Origin: Gemmatimonadota bacterium
GTDB lineage: Bacteria > Gemmatimonadota > Gemmatimonadetes > Gemmatimonadales > GWC2-71-9
Reading direction: 5' to 3'
Assembly: GCA_039588295.1 (NCBI GenBank)
Contig: JBDHAB010000023.1
Coordinates: forward strand, 1 to 45,015
Length of the DNA: 45,015 nucleotides
Part shown: positions 26,979 through 37,063 of the stretch, piece after piece
Position numbering within the stretch: position 1 is the stretch's first letter
Layout of the letters: each line of letters starts with the position of its first letter
Position numbers and translations under genes: made by a program
Notes under the pieces: generated by a model
What the model was told of the DNA's origin: nothing
Seen by the model: only the letters and a program-made list of their open reading frames with translations
Databases searched by the model: none

Positions 26979-28096
26979 GGGGCGACGATCTCCTGGCGCT
27001 GCGTGATGTCGTCGACGAACGGCAGATCGACATCCACGCCACTGCCCACACGGTCGAGTGGGACGGTGAGCGCGCCATCTACCATCGTCCATTCCGGGCG
27101 CACGATGTCCCGCTCCCAATAGCGGGCACTGGGACTCAGGTCGCCAGGAAGGGTGAAGTGGGGGAGGGAACTCAGCGCAACGTTGTGCGCCCTTCCGACG
27201 CCGGTTTCCAGCATGCCGCCGCACCACACGTCGACGCCGCTTCGGCACGCCAGGTCGTGAATACCGGTGGCGGCGGTGAACCCGCCAACTCGTCCCGGCT
27301 TGATGTTGATGATTCTGCCGCTTCCGAGCGCGATCATGTCCTCGGCGCGCGCGATCGACGTGATCGACTCGTCGAGGCAGATGGGCGTGGCGAGTGCCCG
27401 TTGGAGCTCTGCGTGGCGCAGGAGGTCACCCTGCTCGAGGGGCTGCTCGATCATGGTCAGGTCGAACTGGTCGAGTTGTCGCAAGAGCTCGGTGTCCTTC
27501 GGCTCGTAGGCGGCGTTGGCGTCGACGCTGAGCTGGAACGAAGGGCCGACGGCCCCTCGTGCCGCTGCAACATACTCGATGTCACGCCCCGGTTCGATCT
27601 TCACCTTGACGCGTCGGTATCCTCGCGTCACAGCGTCGGCGGCGCAGGCTGCGAGCTCTGCGGGGGTCTCCTGGAGCCCGAGGGAAATACCGGTCGCGAC
27701 CCGCTCACGCACTCCGCCTAGCAGCGCCGCGAGGGACCGTTGCTCGATACGCGCAGCCAGGTCCCAGCTCGCCATCTCAACGGCGGCACGCGCCATCGGA
27801 TGGCCGCGGACGGCGTGCTCGAGCGCGCGAGACACCGCGACCGGGGTGTCGAACCGCTTTCCGACGACGAGTGGCGCTATCCAGCGCTGGACGGCGAGCC
27901 ATGCGGTGTCCACGGTTTCGGGCGAGTAGTGGGGCGTTTCCCCGGCGACGCACTCGCCCCAACCGACGAGTCCGTCCGGGTGCTTCAGCTCGACGAGGAG
28001 GATCCGTCGATGATGTGCGATGCCGGAGGAGATCTGAAACGGCCGTTTCAGACTCAGTCTGATCTCACGGAGCACCGCGTGCGATATCTCAAGCAT
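26975..28096 (-). CDS. menC: o-succinylbenzoate synthase / N-succinylamino acid racemase (NSAR/OSBS, enolase superfamily)
   Basis: GWGECVA, YSPET, KVKIEPG catalytic KxK, VDANAAY, IEQPL, CLDESI, NIKPGRVGG, WCGGMLETGVGR, PGDLSPSARYWERDI. Confidence 0.9.
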   Translation of the reverse strand: MLEISHAVLREIRLSLKRPFQISSGIAHHRRILLVELKHPDGLVGWGECVAGETPHYSPETVDTAWLAVQRWIAPLVVGKRFDTPVAVSRALEHAVRGHPMARAAVEMASWDLAARIEQRSLAALLGGVRERVATGISLGLQETPAELAACAADAVTRGYRRVKVKIEPGRDIEYVAAARGAVGPSFQLSVDANAAYEPKDTELLRQLDQFDLTMIEQPLEQGDLLRHAELQRALATPICLDESITSIARAEDMIALGSGRIINIKPGRVGGFTAATGIHDLACRSGVDVWCGGMLETGVGRAHNVALSSLPHFTLPGDLSPSARYWERDIVRPEWTMVDGALTVPLDRVGSGVDVDLPFVDDITQRQEIVAP

Positions 28097-28916
28097 GGCC
28101 GGCCTCGAGGACGTAGCAGCAGCCCACGGCCGGTCCCGGCAGTGATGCCACTCCCCGGACATGATACCCGTGGCCGAGGTAGTGCTGAAGCACCTGGCGC
28201 GTCGCAAACCGCCACTGGGCGGCGAGCGCCGGATCACGATCCTTGAGCGCCTGGATGTCGGTGGGAATGCCAACGGCGACCGTCCGTCCGCTTGGCAAGG
28301 CCGTCGGTCGGGCGCAATCGCCGGCGCTCAACAGCCGCGGTACCTCCGATCCGATGCGAAGGGGCATTCCGCTCGGGGGTGCAGGCTCCGAGGTCGCCAA
28401 CTCGACGACAAAGCGGTCGGTGCCGATGACCGAGTCCGTCGTGCTCATGGGGTCGGGGTCATACATGTCGGGAACGTATTCGATCGCCCGTGCGCCTAGA
28501 CGCACCAGGTTGAGGTGCGCATTGCGTGCGACCAGTGGGTCGAATGTCCACAGGGCCCGTTCGACACCGAGGGCGAGCAGGCGTGCGCGCTGGGCTTCCT
28601 TGAGCCGCCGACCAATTCCGTGATCCCGCATGTCGGTTCGCACGGCCAGCATGTGCGACCAGTGCGCTAGGCGTCCCTCGTACATTCCAGTGAGGCCGAA
28701 CACGAATCCCACGAGCAGCTGCCTCGCATCGAACGCACCCAAGGCGATGCCGCCGACCTTCTGCACGATTCGAATCATCGCGGGCGGAACGTGCTCTCGG
28801 AAACCGTCGCCCCATGTGGCACGCTGCAGGCTGACACATTGCTCGATGTCGTCCCGGGACTCGAGATTTCGGATCACGATGTCCGAGTGCGGTGAGACCG
28901 ATTGGCTGGAGCCCAT
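28089..28916 (-). CDS. GNAT family acyltransferase (candidate D-amino acid N-succinyltransferase)
   Basis: LQRATWG, GGIALGAF, HWSHMLAV, GIGRRLKEAQR, WTFDPLVARNAHLNLVRLGA, TDRF. Start is uncertain (28916 or 28946). Confidence 0.85.
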   Translation of the reverse strand: MGSSQSVSPHSDIVIRNLESRDDIEQCVSLQRATWGDGFREHVPPAMIRIVQKVGGIALGAFDARQLLVGFVFGLTGMYEGRLAHWSHMLAVRTDMRDHGIGRRLKEAQRARLLALGVERALWTFDPLVARNAHLNLVRLGARAIEYVPDMYDPDPMSTTDSVIGTDRFVVELATSEPAPPSGMPLRIGSEVPRLLSAGDCARPTALPSGRTVAVGIPTDIQALKDRDPALAAQWRFATRQVLQHYLGHGYHVRGVASLPGPAVGCCYVLEAGHA

Positions 28917-29058
28917 CTTGCTGTGCGGCGGCGCCCCTGGTTGCATTGGAGCATTCGACGGTGCCGACACGATAGTACACGCGTGCCACAAGAACGGTAA
29001 GGCACCAAGCCGAGCGGATGCGTTCCCGTCGAATGAACTTGCCACCATTTTCCGAGGC

Positions 29059-30678
29059 ATGCCAATGCAGGTACCACGCGTGATCAGCTGCGTCGTCGTT
29101 GCGAGCGCTCTCGCGGCACTACCATCGCGGATGCCAGCGCAAGAAGGTCGCCCGCCCACGGTGACTCCCGCTCCGGACCGGCAACCGGGCGAAGGCGAAG
29201 GGCCATTCGCACGGCTCCTCATTCGCGGAGCAACCGTTATCGATGGCACGGGGGCACCGGGCATCGGCCCGATGGACGTGGTGATCGAAGGCAACCGCAT
29301 CGTCAGCGTGCGGCGCACCTCCCGGTCCGACCTCGCTGCCGACACGGTCCCGGCTGCGCAGGGGACCCGGGACCTCGATGCGCGGGGGATGTTCCTCCTC
29401 CCAGGCTTCGTCGACGTGCACGCACACATCGGTGGCGAGGCGCAGGGGACGCCCGCAACGTACGTCTACAAGCTCTGGCTTGCCCATGGCGTCACGACGG
29501 TGCGGGACCCAGGGTCTGGAAACGGGATCGAGTGGACCCTGGGCGAGCGCGAGCGCTCACGAGCCAATGCCATCGTCGCTCCTCGCATCTTCGTGTATGC
29601 TCGGCCCGGTCGAGGGTGGGACCGGGGGCCCATCGATACACCCGATCAGGCTCGGGAATGGGTGCGCTGGGCGGCCCGCAAGGGCGTCGACGGGCTGAAG
29701 CTGGGATCGCACGATCCAGCGATCATGGCGGCGTTGATCGACGAGGCGCGCGTGCGCCGCCTCGGCACACAGGCGCATCTGGGGCAGATGGGCGTTGCCC
29801 GGATGGATGCGCTCGACGCTGCTCGCCTGGGACTCGGATCGTTGGAACACTGGTACGGCTTGCCCGAAGCGCTCTTCGACGACCGGTCGGTCCAGGATTT
29901 CCCGTTCGACTACAACTACAGCAACGAATACCACCGGTTTGGTCAGGCGGGTAGGCTGTGGCAGCAGGCAGCAGGGCCCGATAGCGATCGCTGGCGGGAG
30001 GTGATGGACGAGCTACTCGCGCTCCGCTTCGTGCTCGATCCTACGATGACCATCTACGAGGCGAGTCGCGACGTCATGCGCGCACGCGAAGCCGAATGGC
30101 ACGACACCTACACGCTCCCATCACTCTGGCGCTTCTACCAGCCCAGCCGGGAAAGCCACGGGTCGTACTGGCTCGACTGGACCACCCAGGACGAGATCGA
30201 GTGGAAGCGCAACTACCAGCGGTGGATGCGGTTCCTCGATGAGTACAAGGACCGAGGTGGTCGGGTGTGTACCGGCTCGGATGCCGGGTTCATCTACAAG
30301 CTGTACGGTTTCGCCTTCGTACGAGAGTTGGAGCTCCTGCAGGAGGCTGGCTTCCACCCACTGGAAGTCGTGCGCTCGGCCACCCTGTGCGGCGCCGAAG
30401 TGCTCCACGAGCCACAGGGACAACCCGTGACATTCGGGATCATTCGTCCGGGTATGCTCGCGGATCTGATCCTCGTCGACGAGAACCCGATTCGGAACCT
30501 CAAGGTGCTGTATGGAACCGGAGCCGTCCGACTCAACGATGCAACCGGAGCAGCGGACCGGGTCGGCGGCGTGCGGCTCACGATCAAGGATGGCATCATC
30601 TACGACGCCAAGCAGCTGCTTGCCGACGTCGCGCAAATGGTAGCGGAAGCGAACCGGGCTGCGAGCGCACAACCCTGA
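29059..30678 (+). CDS. Secreted metal-dependent amidohydrolase
   Basis: Signal-peptide-like N-terminus, IRGATVIDGTG, LPGFVDVHAH (HxH), GVTTVRD, TGSDAG, GMLADLILVDENP. Confidence 0.88.
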   Translation: MPMQVPRVISCVVVASALAALPSRMPAQEGRPPTVTPAPDRQPGEGEGPFARLLIRGATVIDGTGAPGIGPMDVVIEGNRIVSVRRTSRSDLAADTVPAAQGTRDLDARGMFLLPGFVDVHAHIGGEAQGTPATYVYKLWLAHGVTTVRDPGSGNGIEWTLGERERSRANAIVAPRIFVYARPGRGWDRGPIDTPDQAREWVRWAARKGVDGLKLGSHDPAIMAALIDEARVRRLGTQAHLGQMGVARMDALDAARLGLGSLEHWYGLPEALFDDRSVQDFPFDYNYSNEYHRFGQAGRLWQQAAGPDSDRWREVMDELLALRFVLDPTMTIYEASRDVMRAREAEWHDTYTLPSLWRFYQPSRESHGSYWLDWTTQDEIEWKRNYQRWMRFLDEYKDRGGRVCTGSDAGFIYKLYGFAFVRELELLQEAGFHPLEVVRSATLCGAEVLHEPQGQPVTFGIIRPGMLADLILVDENPIRNLKVLYGTGAVRLNDATGAADRVGGVRLTIKDGIIYDAKQLLADVAQMVAEANRAASAQP

Positions 30679-30703
30679 CCCGGCTGCAACCGGGTTCGGG
30701 GAA

Positions 30704-31618
30704 TCACTCCAACGGCCGCACCTCCACGCGATTGGCCCTGAACAGCGGGATCAACACACGGTTGCGGCCGTCGTCGAAGCCGATGTCGGCTGGCGCCTCA
30801 ACGCTGTCTACCGCGACGGTATACTGTCCGCCGGCCCCCATTCGGTATACCGCCTGGCCATCCCAACTCGAGATCAGGTAATCGCCGTTGGGCATCTCAA
30901 CGATACCGTCCAGCGATCCGGCTCCCGGTGCCGGGAGACCACTGATCTGTCCGGACTCGGGATCGATGAGTATCACCTGGCCGGAGCCGAAGGTGACGAC
31001 CACGACCCGATCGTCATCGATGAGGATACCGTTGGGGCGCCCAAGGCCATCGCCGCTGACGAGCGCGACGGCTTGACCGTCTTCATCGAACCGGTAGACG
31101 GCGTCGGTGCCCGTCGGCTCGAGTCCGTTCACGCCAGCCCTCAGGCCACTGTCGGTCACGTAGAGGGTTCCGTCGTCGGCGACGGCCAGGTCGTTGAGGA
31201 ACGTGACGCCGGGTACGTCCCACGTTCCCACCGAGGCACCAGTTTGACGGTCGAAGAGACGCACGGCGTCGATGTCAGCGACAAAGAGAGTGTCTCCTCG
31301 AATGGCGAGCCCTTTGGGAGCGTGCAATGTCACGGCGGGATCGCTGCTGTCGATCCAGCGCAACGCCGATACACTCCCATCCGGCGTCAGGCGGGAGATG
31401 AATCCGTTGTTGTCCTTCGCCAGCGGCGGACCGTTGACATTCGAGACCAGGTACATGTCGTCTACCGAATCGTGAAGCACGGACTCGGGCGTTTGGAATC
31501 CCACGTCGGCGATGGACAGAGGTTGATCGTGAGCGGCCTGCTGGGCCTCCCGGCCACAGCTCCCCGAGAGAACGATCGCACTCAGCAGGACAAATGCGGT
31601 TCGTCGTTGGTGTGTCAC
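30704..31618 (-). CDS. SMP-30/gluconolactonase-like beta-propeller protein, probable lipoprotein
   Basis: Signal peptide ending LSGSC (Cys21). FQTPESV, YLVSNVNG, APKGLAI, FLNDLAV, PNGI, LDGI, PADIGFD blade repeats. Confidence 0.82.
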   Translation of the reverse strand: MTHQRRTAFVLLSAIVLSGSCGREAQQAAHDQPLSIADVGFQTPESVLHDSVDDMYLVSNVNGPPLAKDNNGFISRLTPDGSVSALRWIDSSDPAVTLHAPKGLAIRGDTLFVADIDAVRLFDRQTGASVGTWDVPGVTFLNDLAVADDGTLYVTDSGLRAGVNGLEPTGTDAVYRFDEDGQAVALVSGDGLGRPNGILIDDDRVVVVTFGSGQVILIDPESGQISGLPAPGAGSLDGIVEMPNGDYLISSWDGQAVYRMGAGGQYTVAVDSVEAPADIGFDDGRNRVLIPLFRANRVEVRPLE

Positions 31619-31648
31619 ACGTCACCGTCCTTCGTGGGAGGTCAGGGG

Positions 31649-32365
31649 TCAGCCGCCCCCGGACACCGAGGCGAGACCGGCACGGCCGAAATTCACCAGC
31701 ACCCAGAGTACGCCGACGATCGCCAGCGGGGCGCCGAGACCCTTCATCTTGGTACGGATCTGATTTCCCAACGCGAGCAGGAACACGTTCCACGCCCCGA
31801 ACAGGGTAAACTGATTGCCAAGGTGGTGCAGGAAGCCCTCGCGAAACAGGAATCCCAGCGACAGCTGCATTTGCTCGAGGCCGGCGAACCGGGCCAGCAG
31901 CACGAGGAGCGTCGCGCCGAGCAGTTGTGGAACGTAGGCGTGTGTCACAATCGCGAGCTCGTCCTTGAACTTGAGCGGCGCACTGCCGACTGCACCGAAC
32001 ACGAGTTGCAGGACGCCGGCCGCGATGAGGAGCACGACAAGACCGACCGCGGCCCCAATACCGCCGATGAACAGCCGGCTCCTAACGTTGCTGGCGTTGG
32101 CAATCCGTTCGGCCCACTCATCTTCGTCGAATCGATCGGGTGCCCGCTCCTCCAAGACCTGCGCCTGCCGCTCGACGCTGCTCTGCAGCGTGGAAGCTGG
32201 TGTGCCGAACCCAACGATCAATGCTGTGACGACGAGCAATGCCAAAGGGACGACGACTTGCGGCTTCACCGCGAGTTGACGGAACACCGCAATCGGCTCG
32301 TCGATCACGCGGAGCACGAGCCACCACGGTTCTCTGGTTGGCTCAGGATGCCCGGAGTCCGTCAT
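31649..32365 (-). CDS. Yip1 family membrane protein
   Basis: AGGAGG RBS, VIDEPIAVFRQL N-terminal motif, about 5 TMs, HAYVPQLL. Confidence 0.75.
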   Translation of the reverse strand: MTDSGHPEPTREPWWLVLRVIDEPIAVFRQLAVKPQVVVPLALLVVTALIVGFGTPASTLQSSVERQAQVLEERAPDRFDEDEWAERIANASNVRSRLFIGGIGAAVGLVVLLIAAGVLQLVFGAVGSAPLKFKDELAIVTHAYVPQLLGATLLVLLARFAGLEQMQLSLGFLFREGFLHHLGNQFTLFGAWNVFLLALGNQIRTKMKGLGAPLAIVGVLWVLVNFGRAGLASVSGGG

Positions 32366-32408
32366 GTGTGTACCCTCCTGCTGGTGGCCTGCCGCGACTC
32401 GCGTTTGC

Positions 32409-33359
32409 TCAGCATGCCGGACGCGGCGAGTCTGGTCCGGAGAGTGCGCGGTTCACGATACGAATTCCGGTGGAGACCCAATCGAGCGTCACGTCGCCTT
32501 CCCCGATCACGGCGTAGCGCCGGTTGCCCTGTAGCAGGAGGCCGGCGGCCCGCGGCTGGAGCGACACGAGGACATCGTAACAGCCATTCGGTGGCCGGAT
32601 CTCGACTTTCAAGCGCTTCGTGGGGCGTTGCTCCAGCGACTGGTAGACGCGGTACTTGCCCATCGTCTGCGGTGGAGGCAAAACCGCGGGGCTTTCCTCT
32701 TGGGTGGCACCGAGAAGCGCCAGCGTGCCACGGACGGTCCGCTCCGGCATGCCGACCCGTAGACCCTGCCAGCTTCGATTGGGCACGCTGAAAGCGATGG
32801 CGTACACGGTCTGGTTCAGTGCGTCGATCTGGAAGTCCGTGCCGTAGCTGTACCGGGCGAGTCGCGGTGCGTCGGGGACACTCTGCGGCGACTGCGTCCC
32901 GAGCACGGCGAACACGGTCGTGATCCGGCTGTTCGGATGGATCGGAAGCGGCCGTAGTGTCTCGGTGAGTTCGGGTGGATTGGGCGCTTCCACAAACCGC
33001 GGACCCGTCGTTGCCATCAACACGAGAATCATGATGACGACCGCGAGTGCCGCGAGGGTCAAGCGTTGGTTGTCTCGCATACCCTGCAACAGTCTGGCGA
33101 CCGCCCCCTGCGGCACGGCTGGCGCGAGTGGCGCCTCCGTGACCGAGCGTCGCGCGGCGCTCGTGATGCTGCCGGTCGAGGTGCGAGGCGGCGGGGCCGT
33201 GGCCTCGTCGGGTCGACTGCGCATCGACCGAGACACGCGCGCAAGCTCCTGCATGACCGCTTGATCGCCGCCGTCCTTCTCGCGGGCGCACGCCGGGCAC
33301 CCACGAGGGTTCTCGTCGTTATAGGGGATCTTGTGCTTGGGGCAGCGAACGAGCGCCAT
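32409..33359 (-). CDS. Hypothetical bitopic protein with N-terminal Zn-finger-like motif
   Basis: CPKH...CPAC at the N-terminus, low-complexity linker, TM LTLAALAVVIMILVLMA, ~190-aa C-terminal domain. Confidence 0.75.
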   Translation of the reverse strand: MALVRCPKHKIPYNDENPRGCPACAREKDGGDQAVMQELARVSRSMRSRPDEATAPPPRTSTGSITSAARRSVTEAPLAPAVPQGAVARLLQGMRDNQRLTLAALAVVIMILVLMATTGPRFVEAPNPPELTETLRPLPIHPNSRITTVFAVLGTQSPQSVPDAPRLARYSYGTDFQIDALNQTVYAIAFSVPNRSWQGLRVGMPERTVRGTLALLGATQEESPAVLPPPQTMGKYRVYQSLEQRPTKRLKVEIRPPNGCYDVLVSLQPRAAGLLLQGNRRYAVIGEGDVTLDWVSTGIRIVNRALSGPDSPRPAC

Positions 33360-33371
33360 GGCCGGGACCCG

Positions 33372-33932
33372 TCAGATCCTCGGCAGCGTCACGCCGCGTT
33401 GGGCCTGATACTTTCCCTGCTTGTCCGCGTATGAGACGTCGCACACATCGTCATCGTCGGCCTCAAAGAACAGCACCTGGGCAATGCCTTCCGTCGCGTA
33501 GATCTTCGCGGGCAACGGGGTGGTATTGGAGATCTCTAGGGTGACGTGCCCCTCCCACTCGGGCTCGAAGGGTGTGACATTGGTGATGATGCCGCAGCGG
33601 GCATACGTGCTCTTTCCCACACAGATGGTCAGCACATTGCGCGGAATGCGGAAGTACTCCACGGAACGCGCCAGGGCGAACGAGTTCGGTGGAATCAAAC
33701 AGGCATCTCCCTCAAACTCCACGAAGGATCGCGGGTCGAACGCCTTCGGGTCCACGACCGGGGAGTGGACGTTGGTGAAGATCCGGAACTCCCGCGCCAC
33801 GCGCATGTCATACCCGTAGGACGAGACGCCAAAGCTGATCGCCTCCGTTTGGACCTGCGAGTCCTCGAACGGTTCGATCATGTGGTGTTCTCGTGCCATC
33901 CGGCGAATCCAACGATCCGACTTGATTGACAT
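33372..33932 (-). CDS. dcd: dCTP deaminase
   Basis: [73 protein letters not shown]. Confidence 0.97.
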   Translation of the reverse strand: MSIKSDRWIRRMAREHHMIEPFEDSQVQTEAISFGVSSYGYDMRVAREFRIFTNVHSPVVDPKAFDPRSFVEFEGDACLIPPNSFALARSVEYFRIPRNVLTICVGKSTYARCGIITNVTPFEPEWEGHVTLEISNTTPLPAKIYATEGIAQVLFFEADDDDVCDVSYADKQGKYQAQRGVTLPRI

Positions 33933-34053
33933 GGACGACCTTGGACGTCGAGTTCGCCCCGCAACCGCGGCGGCCACCGGGCCTTCCTGCGCCACCTTCC
34001 GCAGGGCTCCGGAAAGATATGTAACCATCGCTCTCGCGCCAGCTTAGGTTTGC

Positions 34054-34083
34054 TTGACACTCCTCGCAACGCCTAGGTAACTT
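34054..34083 (+). promoter_or_regulatory. Putative sigma70 promoter of the nuo operon
   Basis: TTGACA (34054-34059), 18 nt, TAACTT (34078-34083). Confidence 0.55.
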
Positions 34084-34127
34084 CCCACCGCCCTAACACC
34101 GAATTCTTCTGTCGAGCACGACTCACG

Positions 34128-34484
34128 GTGCTGCAGGAATACATTCCGCTCATTCTGCTGCTTGGCATGGTGGTCGCGACTGCTGCGGGCATGATCGTGC
34201 TCTCGCACTTCATTCCCCGGGCCCGTCCGACTCCGATTAAGCAGGTCCCCTACGAATCAGGCATGCCGCCCCTCGGCACGACGCGCGAGCGCTTCAGCGT
34301 CAAGTTCTACCTCGTGGCGATGTTGTTCATCGTCTTCGATATCGAGACGGTGTTCATGATCCCCTGGGCCGTGTCGTTCCGCCGGCTTGGACTGTTCGGG
34401 TTGGTCGAGATGCTCGTCTTCGTCGTGATCCTGCTGGTCGGCCTCATCTACGTCTGGAAGCGGGGAGCACTGGAGTGGGATTGA
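34128..34484 (+). CDS. nuoA: NADH-quinone oxidoreductase subunit A
   Basis: [32 protein letters not shown]. Confidence 0.97.
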   Translation: MLQEYIPLILLLGMVVATAAGMIVLSHFIPRARPTPIKQVPYESGMPPLGTTRERFSVKFYLVAMLFIVFDIETVFMIPWAVSFRRLGLFGLVEMLVFVVILLVGLIYVWKRGALEWD

Positions 34485-35116
34485 TGCCGCGGGATCCGCA
34501 GCCCAGCGGGGCCGCTGCGCAGGCGGGGACAACCGTTGTGGGTCAGGTGTCCCCCAACTGGGTGACGACTCGCCTCGATTTTCTGGTCAATTGGGCGCGC
34601 TCCAACAGTCTCTGGCCGATGCCTTTCGGGACGGCCTGTTGTGCCATCGAGTTCATGGCAACTGCGGCCAGCCGATTCGACATCTCGCGCTTCGGGATGG
34701 AGCGACTGGGCTACACGCCTCGGCAGGCGGACGTGCTGTTGTGCGCCGGGCGGTTGCCCTTCAAGCTGGCACCGGTGATCCGACGGATCTACGATCAGAT
34801 GCCGCAGCCCAAGTGGGTCATCTCCATGGGTGCCTGCGCGTCGACGGGCGGTATCTTCGACACGTATGCCATGGTGCAGGGCATCGATACGGTCGTACCG
34901 GTGGACGTGTATGTTCCGGGTTGCCCGCCGCGGCCCGAGGGGTTGCTGTACGGGATCCTGATGCTGCAGAAGAAGGTGCGTGGCGAAACGATGGCCGATT
35001 CGTCACTCAGGGAGGAACAGATCCTCGAACCCGGCTCCCTCCGTATCCCGCCGCGCCTCGTCGACGAGTTGTCGGAGCCGTTCGGCAACTCGATTCACCA
35101 GACACGATCTGCGTAG
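34484..35116 (+). CDS. nuoB: NADH-quinone oxidoreductase subunit B
   Basis: [33 protein letters not shown]. Confidence 0.97.
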   Translation: MPRDPQPSGAAAQAGTTVVGQVSPNWVTTRLDFLVNWARSNSLWPMPFGTACCAIEFMATAASRFDISRFGMERLGYTPRQADVLLCAGRLPFKLAPVIRRIYDQMPQPKWVISMGACASTGGIFDTYAMVQGIDTVVPVDVYVPGCPPRPEGLLYGILMLQKKVRGETMADSSLREEQILEPGSLRIPPRLVDELSEPFGNSIHQTRSA

Positions 35117-35123
35117 CCGTTTC

Positions 35124-35756
35124 ATGAATCCGACGGTCGACGCCCTCCGACACACGTTCGGTGACGCCGTGGGGCGGGCTCAGGTATCGTGCGACCAGAC
35201 CATCGTGTATGTGGAGGCTGAGCGGGCGCGCGAGATTCTCCGGTGGCTCAAGGGGACGGCCGGAGAACACTATAACTACCTCGTCGACGTGACGGCGGTT
35301 GAGTACCGAGACACCGAGCTCCCACTGGAGGTCGTCTATCAATTGCGGTCGCTGGAGCGCGGCGCGGAGCTGCGGGTCAAGGTCGAGCTCGCCAAGGATG
35401 ACGTGCTCGAGGTGGATTCGGTCGTGGAGCTGTGGCGGGCCGCCGATTGGCTCGAACGGGAGGTGTACGACATGTTCGGCATCACCTTCCGTGATCATCC
35501 GGATCTCCGGCGCATTCTCATGTGGGAGACGTACGCGGAGGGGTACCCATTGCGAAAGGACTTCCCGCTGCGCGGGAGGTTCTCCCGGTCGGAGCAGGTC
35601 CGTCAAGCGCTCCATGCCAATCCGGAAGCGCACTACTCGATGGAAGAACTATCCTTCGCCCAATCGCAGTACGACCTCCCGATGGAGATGCGTGAGCGGC
35701 TCGAGCGCGGACAGCGGGGCCGGGTTCCCGATCTCCCAGAGGAGAGCGATGGCTGA
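35124..35756 (+). CDS. nuoC: NADH-quinone oxidoreductase subunit C
   Basis: DVTAVEY, ADWLEREVYDMFGITFRDHPDLRRILM, YPLRKDFPL. Confidence 0.96.
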   Translation: MNPTVDALRHTFGDAVGRAQVSCDQTIVYVEAERAREILRWLKGTAGEHYNYLVDVTAVEYRDTELPLEVVYQLRSLERGAELRVKVELAKDDVLEVDSVVELWRAADWLEREVYDMFGITFRDHPDLRRILMWETYAEGYPLRKDFPLRGRFSRSEQVRQALHANPEAHYSMEELSFAQSQYDLPMEMRERLERGQRGRVPDLPEESDG

Positions 35757-37029
35757 GAAGCGGACGGTCGAGCTCGATCTCGCGACGCCAGGCCTCGATC
35801 TCGAGGGCCACCCGACTCGTGTACCTGTTGGCCTCGCCGATCGGGAAGCGGAGCCGGACTTCTCGGCGGAACGCATGCTCCTCAATGTGGGACCCCAGCA
35901 CCCCGCCACGCACGGGGTGTTGCGGCTCGTCGTCGAGCTCGACGGTGAGGTCGTCAAGGGCGTCGTGCCGCACATCGGGTATCTGCACTCCGGGTTCGAG
36001 AAGCTGGGCGAGTATCGGCACTACAACCAGATCATTCCGCTCACCGACCGTACAGACTACCTCGCCCCCATGGCCAACAACGTCGCGCTGGCGTTGGCGG
36101 CTGAGCAGCTCATGGGGATCGAGATCACCGAGCGCTGTAAGGTGCTCCGTGTCATCGCGTGCGAGATGAGCCGCATCATCTCGCACTTGGTGTGGCTCGG
36201 AACGACCGCGGTCGACATCGGCGCTTTCACCCCGTTTCTGTGGACGTTCCAGGAACGCGAGAAGATTTACAATCTTCAGGAGGCGTGGACCGGAGCACGG
36301 CTGACGACCAGCCTCACACGAGTCGGCGGGATGATGGCCGATATCCCGGACGGGTTTGTGGAGGATCTGGCCGACTGGTGTCGGAACTTCCCCGCGGTCC
36401 TCGACGAGGTGGAGCGACTGCTCACGGCAAACGCCATTTGGTGTGGCCGGACGCAGGGCATCGGCGTCATCAGCGGCGAGGACGCGATCAACTGTGGCCT
36501 GTCGGGTCCGATGCTTCGTGCCAGCGGTGTGGCCTATGACATTCGCCGGGACCGACCCTACCTCGATTACGAGACGTACGATTTCGACATCGTCGTCGGC
36601 GAGGCGGGCGACGTCTACGACCGGTATCTGGTTCGGATGGAGGAAATGCGGCAATCGGTGCGCATCACGCAGCAGGCGCTGCAGCGCTTGCCCGATGGCC
36701 CGCTCAACGTGAGTGATCCCAGGGTGATTCTGCCGCCCAAGACGGCCGCGATGTCTGACATGGAAGCCATGATCTTCCACTTCAAGCAGGTTATGGAAGG
36801 TGTGCCGGCCCCGGTCGGGGAGGTGTACTTTAGTATCGAGAACGGCAAGGGTGAGCTCGGATACTACTTCGTCTCGGATGGCACGGCCAAACCCGTGCGG
36901 TGGCGGATACGGCCGCCGTCACTCATCAATCTCGCGGTCCTTCCGCAGTTGGCGGAAGGGCACCTCCTGGCCGACCTGATCGCTATCAACGCTAGTGTGG
37001 ACATTGTGATGGGAGAGATCGACCGCTGA
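35749..37029 (+). CDS. nuoD: NADH-quinone oxidoreductase subunit D
   Basis: NVGPQHPATHGVLR, GYLHSGFEK, DRTDY, GPMLRASG, DIVMGEIDR. Confidence 0.97.
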   Translation: MAEKRTVELDLATPGLDLEGHPTRVPVGLADREAEPDFSAERMLLNVGPQHPATHGVLRLVVELDGEVVKGVVPHIGYLHSGFEKLGEYRHYNQIIPLTDRTDYLAPMANNVALALAAEQLMGIEITERCKVLRVIACEMSRIISHLVWLGTTAVDIGAFTPFLWTFQEREKIYNLQEAWTGARLTTSLTRVGGMMADIPDGFVEDLADWCRNFPAVLDEVERLLTANAIWCGRTQGIGVISGEDAINCGLSGPMLRASGVAYDIRRDRPYLDYETYDFDIVVGEAGDVYDRYLVRMEEMRQSVRITQQALQRLPDGPLNVSDPRVILPPKTAAMSDMEAMIFHFKQVMEGVPAPVGEVYFSIENGKGELGYYFVSDGTAKPVRWRIRPPSLINLAVLPQLAEGHLLADLIAINASVDIVMGEIDR

Positions 37030-37063
37030 ACTCGCGGAGCGGCCGCAGAGGACCGAGAGCGTT

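Noticed and set aside
30678..30695. ACCCGG-N6-CCGGGT hairpin between convergent genes
   Set aside because: The stem is short and lacks a U-tract, so it is too weak to call a terminator.
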